From Macrostomum hystrix (lineage: Eukaryota; Animalia; Platyhelminthes), in assembly GCA_950097015.1 (NCBI GenBank), contig CATNEN010000026.1:744001-808000 (forward strand): a DNA stretch of 64,000 nt, read 5' to 3'. Every line of letters begins with the position of its first letter. Position 1 is the first letter of the stretch. A program made the position numbers and the translations under genes. Below, in pieces: positions 13,681 to 24,300 of this stretch. The notes beneath the pieces were generated by a model. The model made no database searches. It worked only from the letters and a program-made list of their open reading frames with translations, and had not been told where the DNA came from.

Positions 13681-14349
13681 GACTTCAATAAATTGGACTA
13701 GATTGAATTAATTGCAATATATTAGCAATCCACTCTTCATCTAAGTAAAAGGATTAGCAATCCATTCCAGATCCTTTGTCTATGGACTAGACTACCAATA
13801 AAATAATAATCGAATATTGTTCTTTATCTCCATTGCCGCTTCAAACCACTTAAAAGATTCAGCCAAGAGTTGCATTAAGTTTCACTTTAGCCAAGATGTT
13901 CAACTACTATAGTTGCATATGGAGCTGGCTTTCTAGTGTAATTTACTCCACCCACAGCAATGGATGCAAGGAAGCTAACTTTCAGAGAAATCTTTCCTTA
14001 TAGCCTTCTTGGGGGTGGGGAATTCGGTAGATATAGCCGGGGCAGAACAACCGCTCTATCACGCTAAATTCCAGTCACACCGAGTAAGATATAAGGCGGG
14101 CCGCTCGCGAAATGCTTATTATAATAATGTGGACTGGCCAGATGAAGGAAATTTTCTGCAAGCCCCCCTAGGAGAACTGATCGGAGTACGCTAAATCTTT
14201 TTCCAGTGATTGGAGTAGGATGGGATAAGGGAAGATTAGAGGATGCGGGTTGAAGAATAATTGCTTACTGCATTATGCGCTATAAAAATATCTGCCTGAT
14301 GTTGAGCAAACTGTTAAAACAGTTAAGACAGACAAAACACAGAAATTCT

Positions 14350-14500
14350 GAAGACAGACAACCCATAGACATGCAGACAGATGACCCATAGACATGCAGA
14401 CAGATGACCCATAGACATGCAGACAGATGACCCATAGACATGCAGACAGATGACCCATAGACATGCAGACAGATGATTCATAGACATGCAGACAGACAAC
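14350..14500. repeat. 24-nt minisatellite (catagacatgcagacagatgaccc), about 6 copies
   Basis: Direct inspection. Confidence 0.93.
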
Positions 14501-15371
14501 CCCAAACAGGCTGGCAGACACTGCAGACACAAGAAAGAAGGGTAATATACGAAGCATTCAGTGGCAGCAACAGTAGCAGCAGCAGCAGCAGTAGCCCGTA
14601 CACTGCACGTTAAAGAACAGGCAGAAACAGAAAGTGTCGCAGGCAGCCAATGCCAGATGGTTGAATGATTGCGCTGGGAGGCGGGTAATGACTGCTTGTA
14701 TCCATGCAGTTCCGTACACCTGGCTCCACAGTGCGCCAGCCCCACCCCCCCAAAGTCCCCAAAGAGTAAAGCCCCATAGGCCGTTCGCTTATTGCTATCA
14801 TCAATCGGTGGACTTGTCAGTTTGGAAAAATAGAATTGTAACTGTCTGTCCCCACTGTGGACTATGGTGGGTCTTGATATCTTCGATGGCCAGTGGTCTA
14901 AGAATTTTCAGTCCCGCATTGATAAATTTTCTATCTTTTCCTGAAACAGTCATTTATCATTCGAATTCTTTTTTGTAGCAATTGCTTTTTGATCATAAAT
15001 TTCTATATACTACTTGCGCTACAACTTGTCAGTAGCGTATCGAGAATTTGCTTTCTACTTTAGAAAAAATTCTTTTTAATCGACAATTTCGTAATTGATA
15101 CTTGTCCGTGAGTTTTGATTTCATACGCATAATAAGAGATATTTAATTTTTGAGAGTAGAAGAGAGAACAAAGGACTAGCTACTCATTTTAATTTCCGCC
15201 TACCGGACACTGAGTGAAATGGCTTTTTTACAGAATTTTTTTACTTTTTAAGCTGAGATCCCAAAGGTACATGTGTAACTATTAGTTCCTAGTATTATAT
15301 GGCAGCTTGTGATGCTGAAAATGCTCCGTCACGCTTAAAATCTAGGCATTATACATTATAATGGGAATGAT

Positions 15372-16682
15372 ACTGATAGAGTGACAGACAGGTAGAGTGA
15401 CAGACTGAGAGGGTGACAGACTGATAGAGTGACAGAGACTGACAGGGTGACAGACTGATAGAGTGACAGACTGATAGAGTGACAGACTGATAGAGTGACA
15501 GGCTGATAGAGTGACGGACTGATAGAGTGACAGACTGATAGAGTGACAGACTGATAGAGTGACAGACTGATAGAGTGACAGACTGATAGAGTGACAGACT
15601 GATAGAGTGACAGAGACTGACAGGGTGACAGACTGATAGAGTGACAGACTGATAGAGTGACAGACTGATAGAGTGACAGACTGATATAGTGACAGAGACT
15701 GATAGAGTGACAGACTGATAGAGGGACAGGCTGAAAGAGTGACAGACTGATAGAGTGACAGAGACTGACAGAGTGACAGACTGACAGAGTGACAGAGACT
15801 GACAGAGTGACAGACTGATAGAGTGACAGACTGATCGAGTGACAGACTGATCGAGTGACAGAGACTGACAGGGTGACAGACTGATAGAGTGACAGACTGA
15901 TAGAGTGACAGACTGATAGAGTGACAGGCTGATAGAGTGACGGACTGATAGAGTGACAGACTGATAGAGTGACAGACTGATAGAGTGACAGACTGATAGA
16001 GTGACAGAGACTGACAGGGTGACAGACTGATAGAGTGACAGACTGATAGAGTGACAGACTGATAGAGTGACAGACTGATAGAGTGACAGAGACTGATAGA
16101 GTGACAGACTGATAGAGGGACAGGCTGATAGAGTGACAGACTGATAGAGTGACAGAGACTGACAGAGTGACAGGCTGATAGAGTGACAGACTGATAGAGT
16201 GACAGGCTGATAGAGTGACAGACTGACAGAGTGACAGAGACTGACAGAGTGACAGACTGATGGAGTGACAGACTGATCGAGTGACAGACTGATCGAGTGA
16301 CAGAGACTGACAGGGTGACAGACTGATAGAGTGACATACTGACAGGGTGACAGACTGATAGAGTGACAGACTGACAGGGTGACAGACTGATAGAGTGACA
16401 GACTGATAGAGTGACAGACTGACAGAGTGACAGACTGACAGGGTGACAGACTGATAGAGTGACAGACTGATAGTGACAGACTGACAGAGTGACAGACTGA
16501 CAGAGTGACAGAGACTGACAGAGTGACAGGCTGATAGAGTGACAGACTGACAGAGTGACAGAGACTGACAGAGTGACAGGCTGATAGAGTGACAGACTGA
16601 CAGAGTGACAGAGACTGACAGAGTGACAGACTGATAGAGTGACAGACTGATCGAGTGACAGAGACTGACAGGGTGACAGACT
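15372..16682. repeat. 16/18-nt satellite (gagtgacagactgata)
   Basis: Direct inspection. Confidence 0.98.
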
Positions 16683-16747
16683 GTAGGTGCTAAACGAGGC
16701 TGATCAGTCTCAAAATCCAACTCACAATTGCCCCTATATTTTCGCAG

Positions 16748-16810
16748 GCGCCAATGACGTGAAGCTGACCAGTGGTCGATCCGGAGCAACTGCAGTCACC
16801 CGGGCTGATG
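16748..16810 (+). CDS. PDE1: Candidate small PDE1 N-terminal exon (GANDVKLTSGRSGATAVTRAD), phase 1-1
   Basis: Acceptor ttttcgcAG, donor GATG|GTGAGG, 63 nt, open frame. Confidence 0.5.
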
Positions 16811-17552
16811 GTGAGGGCATTACTTTGCTGGAGCAGTGTTTGAGCGGTTCTGAATTAAAGTACGGTTATTAATATTTAAGTAGCTACTTGAATCCAAGTT
16901 TTCAATATCATCTTTGGGTTAGATTTACCTATAAATGGGAAATAAACTGTAGTTTAAACAAATCAATTCGCTTTATTAATTAATTTATTTTCCGGGAATC
17001 GCAATCAGTTGCTGGGGAATATTTTAAGAAAGATATCTAACTAGATTTGATGCATTTGATGCAATCGAGCGAACACAGTCTTGATACCATAGTGACTGGG
17101 GTCCTCATGGACTGATTCTACGATATTAGGCATGACAAAAAATGCTGCACTCAGGTTTAGCATTATTTCTGACAGCGCGGGTCTCAAACAAAAAAAATAT
17201 TTTGCTCGAGCGGCTTCAAGGGAAGAGCGGAGAAAAAAATAGGGCGGAGAAGGATGCAACAGAAATCCCATAAATCTCCTATTGGCCGAGTTCGGCGGTT
17301 TTGAGGATTGGCTCTCACCGGGCAACTGGCACAGTCGGCCAGATCCCACTCGGTCCGTCTTCTTTTTCCTGTCCTCTCTATGCTCATGGCCTGACTATTA
17401 AATCCTCGCGGGTATTTCTCGACCAGTCGCGACATTCGCCACCCTGCTTAGTGAAATCCCTAAATAAGCCAGACAGGACAGGAACACAGGAACCGAACCC
17501 TGCCACTTCGCTTCCTTGGTCACTAACTTTATTAACATTTTTTGGCCGACAG

Positions 17553-17597
17553 CATTGTCCATTGAGACCTGGTTGTTTGTCGGGATTCAAACTAACG
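17553..17597 (+). CDS. PDE1: Candidate small PDE1 N-terminal exon (ALSIETWLFVGIQTN), phase 1-1
   Basis: Acceptor ttttttggccgacAG, donor AACG|GTGAGT, 45 nt, open in the phase needed to reach exon 20480. Confidence 0.4.
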
Positions 17598-18690
17598 GTG
17601 AGTTTGAGAACTGCTCATGCTGATTGAGTACATCGGTGAGTTTGAGAACTGCTCATGCTGATTGAGTACATCGGTGAGTTTGAGAACTTCTCTTACTGAT
17701 TGAGTACATCGGTGAGTTTGAGAACTGCTCATGCTGATTGAGTACATCGGTGAGTTTGAGAACTTCTCTTACTGATTGAGTACATCGGTGAGTTTGAGAA
17801 CTGCTCATGCTGATTGAGTACATCGGTGAGTTTGAGAACTTCTCTTACTGATTGAGTACATCGGTGAGTTTGAGAACTGCTCATGCTGATTGAGTACATC
17901 TGTGAGTTTGAGAACTGCTCATGCTGATTGAGTACATCTGTGAGTTTGAGAACTGCTCATGCTGATTGAGTACATCGGTGAGTTTGAGAACTGCTCTTTC
18001 TGGTCGTGAAGGGTGGTGAGTTTGAGAACTGCTCTTGCTGTTTATGAAGGGCTGAGTTTGAGGACTGCTCATGCTGATTATGTAGGGCAGTGAGTTTGAG
18101 TACTGCTCATGCTGATTATGTAGGGCTATGAGTTTGAGTACTGCTCGTGCTGATTATGAAGGGTTATGAGTTTGAGTACTGCTCATGCTGATTATGTAGG
18201 GCTATGCGTTTGAGTACTGCTCATGCTGATTATGTAGGGCAGTGAGTTTGAGTACTGCTCATGCTGATTATGTAGGGCAGTGAGTTTGAGTACTGCTCAT
18301 GCTGATTATGTAGGGCAGTGAGTTTGAGTACTGCTCATGCTGATTATGTAGGGCTATGAGTTTGAGTACTGCTCATGCTGATTATGAAGGGTTATGAGTT
18401 TGAGTACTGCTCATGCTGATTATGTAGGGCAGTGAGTTTGAGTACTGCTCATGCTAATTATGTAGGGCAGTGAGTTTGAGTACTGCTCATGATGATTATG
18501 TAGGGCAGTGAGTTTGAGTAGTGCTCATGCTGATTATGTAGGGCTATGCGTTTGAGTACTGCTCATGCTGATTATGTAGGGCAGTGAGTTTGAGTACTGC
18601 TCATGCTGATTATGTAGGGCTATGAGTTTGAGTACTGCTCATGCTGATTATGAAGGGTTATGAGTTTGAGTACTGCTCATGCTGATTATG
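17596..18690. repeat. 38-nt minisatellite starting at a splice donor (ggtgagtttgagaactgctcatgctgattgagtacatc, grading into a second variant)
   Basis: Period 38 measured in both halves. Confidence 0.97.
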
Positions 18691-19924
18691 TAGATCGGCA
18701 AATAGAGATTGAAACGGAGAAGTTTTCATTGAAAACTCGTTTAGATATTCCCAAGCGAACTATTCTGGTCCCAAACTGTCCTTTATTTATCCCTAATATA
18801 TTCTGTCCTTTCCCATTTGCTATTGACGCAGGATGTGCGGCTGATGTTGAATCTTATTCCCTGTTAGACCGGACACTAAAGTGCTAGGCTGACTGCCAGA
18901 ATCAGAGGCCTGCATGCCAGAGTGGCATACTGCTGTCTCTGTTTGCCAATTTCTTCTCTTCTTCTCTCAGTTATCTCTCTCTCTCTTCTTTTTCTCTCTT
19001 CTCAAATTGAGACCAGTCCAAGAATTGAATCAATAATAGTTGAAGTGCTACCCGCCCACTCTGGTTCCAGTGCTCGATTGATTCAATGGAGGCCTCTCTT
19101 AGATTGCTGCCAAGACCTTTTGCCAAATAAGACAGCAAATCAGCTGGGAATATTGCAACAGCGGCCATAGACATCATGTGACCCTGAGTTAAAATTGCAG
19201 TTATTCCCGGTATTGCTAGGTCAGGAGAACAGCGGCATACTTTGGCCATAGATATTTCGCTATCAGCTGCTCTTTTGTCTATGACCTAATCGTACTCTAG
19301 CAGTGTGTTTTCTTATCTTTTGCTGCCTTTCCTCAAAGGACAGCACTAGTCAGTTAAAAGAATCGATCCTTCAACTGTTGTATTGCTCTTTTCTGCTTCC
19401 GCCTTTCAGCAACAGTGCACTTCGACCCTCCTCTCGCAAACTTTTCAAAAGTTTTTAAAACACACGCTGAAAGGGAGACATACAAATAGAGGAGACTTAA
19501 GAATCGGATCAGTTCCTTTCTAAGCGAACTCAAAGGGCACTGCTGTTTGAGTGTTGTTCGTTGTGAATGTGAGTGTGTGTGCTTAGGTTACTACGATGAT
19601 ATATGTCCAGAGGCAGTACCAATGGGATTTGAATTTAGCATTCCGCGTCACGTCCACTCCCAATGCTCCCAATGCCTGCCTCCCTGTCTCACTTGACTTT
19701 CTGGATTTTTTCTTGAAGTCTAAAAGCATCCAAGGAAAAAACATGGGAGGCTTTTTGTCAACAGGCCAACAGCAGAAAATGAGCAATATCTTATTGGCAA
19801 TGATTGTCTGTGCTCTGATCTGAATCTAAACGCTTTCGGGTGTACTTTTCTGAAGAATAAACACATTCAAATATCCTTTTAATATTTACGATTACTTTTA
19901 ATCATCCAGCGACAGATGCCAACG

Positions 19925-20420
19925 CTCTCTCAACTCTCGCCTTTCTTCCACATGGTGACTCTCGCCTTTCTCCTAGGGGGGTGACTCTCGCCTTTTCATA
20001 AGAGGTCGACTCTCGCCTTTCTCCTAGGGGGTGACTCTCGCCTTTCTCATAAGGGGTCGAATCTCGCCTTTCTCATAAGGGGGGTGACTATCGCCTTTCT
20101 CATAAGGGGTCGATTCTTGCCTTTCTCATAAGGGGGGTGACTCTCGCCTTTCTCATAAGGGGGGTGACTCTCGCCTTTCTCATAAGGGGGGTGACTCTCG
20201 CCTTTCTCATAAGGGGGGTGACTCTCGCCTTCCTCATAAGTGGAGGGGATTCTCGCCTCTCTCATAAGTGGAGGGGATTCTCGACTTTCTAAAAGTCTAG
20301 GGGATTCTCGCCTTTCTCATAAGGGGGTGACTCTCGCCTTTCTCAAAGGGGGTGACTCTCGCCTTTCTCATAAGGGGGGTGACTCTCGCCTTTCTCAAAA
20401 GAGAGTGACTCGACTTTCTC
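19925..20420. repeat. About 27-nt minisatellite (gtgactctcgcctttctcataaggggg)
   Basis: Period 27 (20164 to 20191). Confidence 0.95.
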
Positions 20421-20479
20421 CTACAGGGGGTGGATAACAAACATCAGATGTGCACAAAAAGTAACCTTCAAATCCGCAG

Positions 20480-21272
20480 ATTTGGAGGCCGAGCCGCTAA
20501 GCGGTCTTCTGTACAACAGCCTCGCCAAGGCTGAGAGCACGCGCTACGCCGACTCCGAGGTCGAAGTGGAGAAAATGCCAGCGGCTGGCACACCAGAGGC
20601 CAGCTACACCTGCTCCGTGAGGCGAGTGTCGATTGACTTGTTGCTATTTCTAGAGAAGCTTGTTGGGCATCCCCTCTTTACCGACTTCGAGTTCAGGCGG
20701 CACGTGACCGAGCCCAGCCAATGATATTTCCGAGATAGGCACCCACTTTTAAACACGTGACCGAGCCCAGCCAATGATATTTCCGAGATAGGCACCCACT
20801 TTTAAACACGTGACCGAGCCCAGCCAATGATATTTCCGAGATAGGCACCCACTTTTAAACACGTGACCGAGCCCAGCCAATGATATTTCCGAGATAGGCA
20901 CCCACTCTTTAACACTTAATGTTGCCCAGCCAATGAAATTTCGGAGATGGGCACCCTCTTTGTAACACGTGACGGCGCCTAGCCAATGAAAGTTCGCAAG
21001 CTGATTTCGTAGACAACTAAGTGTTGCATCACTCTATGGCTTAACACTCAACTGAGAATAAACCAGTTATAGTACACTTGTAGCTGGAAAACTTTGTGGC
21101 ACAATAAGTTGTCCCCCTGGGAATCATTATCGCAAAATAAACAAATAATAATTCATAGTAGCACAATTTTTTCATAAAAATGTAAAGCCTGAGAAATGAC
21201 TCTAAAAAGAAAAATTGCTTCTTTCTCACTTTGTCTTCTGGTTGGATTTTTCAAACGCAAACGCACACACAC

Positions 21273-21303
<31 letters not shown>

Positions 21304-24300
21304 AGGGGAAGAAGATGGAAAGAAAAGATCAGCAGTGAACAAGAAGCAAGTTTACAGAATACATGGCCGCTCCTCACCACCACTCAGCTTATCGATACAC
21401 GGGTTTTGGTTACAAATGCAGACTGCTTCTAACTGTTGCAGTGTGGATAGATCAGTAAATGTGCGAGCGAGAAGGATTGGGGGCCCTGTGTTGTGTGTGC
21501 GCGTAGCGATCTGCTCAGTGTAATCCATGCAGCTCAGCCTTATCTTCGGGCTCCGAGTCTCGGCCCTCAATTTGAGGCCTGTGTGTGTGTGCGTGTGTGT
21601 GCGTGTGTGTGCTTGTGTGTGCGTGTGTAGTGTGCATCAATAAATCACATCCATTCGTCAAAAAATCACATCAATTTATCAATGAATCACATCAACTTAT
21701 CCTGAACTCACATTTATTACTTGACTAAATTTTTCCTCACCTAAGGAAGGCTTTCAAAGGGCCAGCAGCCCCGCCTAATTTACGTTCAGTTCCATAAAAA
21801 GTACACGATTTCCGATGCGCTGAGCCTTTACAAACTAAAAGCAGAAAATTTTCCGCCCTTTTTTATGCCCATTTGAGCACAAGGGACAAGGGAGAATGAG
21901 AAAATTGGCCTCTGATTCTCTGGAGATCTCCGTGCAGGGCAGAGCGTGTTGCCGCTGCCACTGTTGCTGCTGGAAGAGGCAGATGGTCACGTAGCTCGTG
22001 TAGTACTAGCGGAAAGCCTTGTTTTCTCAAACCGCTCCCCGCCAACGCGTTGCGACACCCGCTTTCCCAAAATCTACTCCACCTTGCCCGCGCCAGTTCC
22101 TCCTCTCTCCTCTCCGATCCTGAAGGGAAGTGACAGCGCCGACTGCGGAAGGACCTCCCCTGCCCCTGATGCCCCGTTTGGGGTAACGCCCGCCCGGCAA
22201 CCAGGTGAGCTGTGCTGCGAGTTTAGTATCCGTGCGCTGCGTCTGGCGGAGAAGAAAGTGGGAAGAAGTGACAGCCGAGATGGACTTTGACTGAGGAAAT
22301 CTATGCGCGAATTCCCGCTAGTCGAAGTATTGGCAGTCAGCAGACAGACAGGCAGAAATACAACGAGAAGGAGGGACTTACTTCCCAGCCTAAAATGGGG
22401 ATGCTTGGGAAGACAGAAGCCTATAGATACATTTTGTGCTATAACACTTCCAAGGTTCTGTCTTTCTGTCCCACTGCTCCACTCTCAGTCTCCCTACATT
22501 CTCCTACAAAAAAATCCTCCTATCTCCAATATCTCCATCTCTCACATCTCTTCGACTATCCCAACTTTCTTATCTCTCCCATTCTCTCAAAACTCTTCCA
22601 GTATCCCAAATCTCCCCATCTCCCAAATCTCCAAATCTCCCCAATCTCGCCAATCTCCCACTCTCCCAAATCTCCCGCTCTCCCAAATCTCTAGCTCTCC
22701 CAAATCTCCCACTCTCCCAAATCTCCCACTCTCCCAAATCTCCAAATCTCCCCAATCTCGCCAATCTCCCACTCTCCCAAAATCTCCCACTCTCCCAAAT
22801 CTCCCACTCTCCCAAATCTCCCACTCTCCCAAATCTCACACTCTTCCACATCTCCCACTCTCCCAAATCTCCCACTCTCCCAAATCTCCCACTCTTCCAC
22901 ATCTCCCACTCTTCCACATCTCCCACTCTCCAAAATCTCCCACTCTCTCAAATCTCCCAAAACTTTTGTGGTCCTTTCCAGCTTCATAATCGTTTATAGA
23001 TCGCAGAGTGAGGCATAAAGGGGATCGACAGACAGGGCTCTCTTCTCGCCTCCCCATTCCCATAAACGCAAACCCATTCCACGCGCCTGATCCCTCTTCT
23101 GAGGATTTTAAGATCCCCATAGGTGGGGAGTGAACTCCCGAATGTGAGGACCCGGGGGCGCCCAAATTGGTCCGGGCGGAGCTGCCTCTGCGGCTGATTG
23201 AAGTCGAAGGGATTATAGGCCGCCGTAGTCTGATCCCCTCTCCTGACCCGCGCGAATCTGAAGTAGGCCTGAGAAAATGGTGAAAGAAAGAGACAGGGAG
23301 AGCGCGTGAGGAGGGCACTTGATCCCTTTTCGGCTAATTTGCTTCATTCATTCGGTCTCCAGGCTTTTATTTGCCAGGCCTCCTAACGCTTCTCCCAAGG
23401 CGCAATCTTAGCACACTTCCATCAGCATGGAAGCAATAATAGCGCAGAGAGGCGACCCTAAATTAGTATTGATTCTAGCTGGCCTGTTTGCCTGGCTCTA
23501 ATCCGGCCCCAGTCATTGTGAGCCAGTCGATAGAAGCATTAATTCGAATCTTGGGGCGGGATGCTGGATCGATGCGGTGGTATTTTAAAGCTTTAAAATA
23601 AAATTGGTTCATTTCGCCTAAAGTCACGAGGCGAAACAGTCGTGGCGTCATTATAGATCTGTATTTGAGTTGTACACGATAGAGACACGAGGGCTGGACT
23701 GTACATCGATATAGATTTTTGCGTAGGGATGATTAATTGTACATTGTTTTCTATTTTTAGTGTACACTGTGGGGCTCTGCTGTCGCTCCCGAGTTTGGTT
23801 GATAGAATGTACATTGTTATCTATTTTTAGTGTGTGGGGCTCTGCTGTCGCTCCCGAGTTTGGTTGATAGAATGTACATTGTTATCTATTTTTAGTGTGT
23901 GGGGCTCTGCTGTCGCTCCCGAGTTTGGTTGATAGAATGTACATTGTTATCTATTTTTAGACTGTGGGCTCTGCTGTCGCTCCCGAGTTTGGGTGAGAGA
24001 ATGTACATTGATTTAGATTTTTAGTATTTTCTACAGGGTTCACCCAACGTCATACTCAGCGTTTGAATTTATCTTTCGTGTGCATATTTGTAACTATCGT
24101 CTGCTTGAGTGGTCAAGCAATTGAATTTCTTGTTTATATGTTGACATCTGCGCACTAAAATAGCTTTTAAATCTCGCGCTTTACCTCTGACCCTTACAGA
24201 CTGAAGAAAGTCGCTAAACTGGTGGAGAGCGACGAAATCTCCAAGGAGATGCTAATCAAGAACCTCAATTACGCCGTAAAAGTACTAGAATCAGTCTACA

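Noticed and set aside
21946-22204. GC-rich ORF with a strong donor CCAG|GTGAGC at 22205 as a PDE1 coding exon
   Set aside because: The long open frame ends in phase 1, while exon 24200 needs phase 2, and the phase-2 frame has a stop with no later ATG. It could still be a non-coding 5' exon, but I cannot support that.
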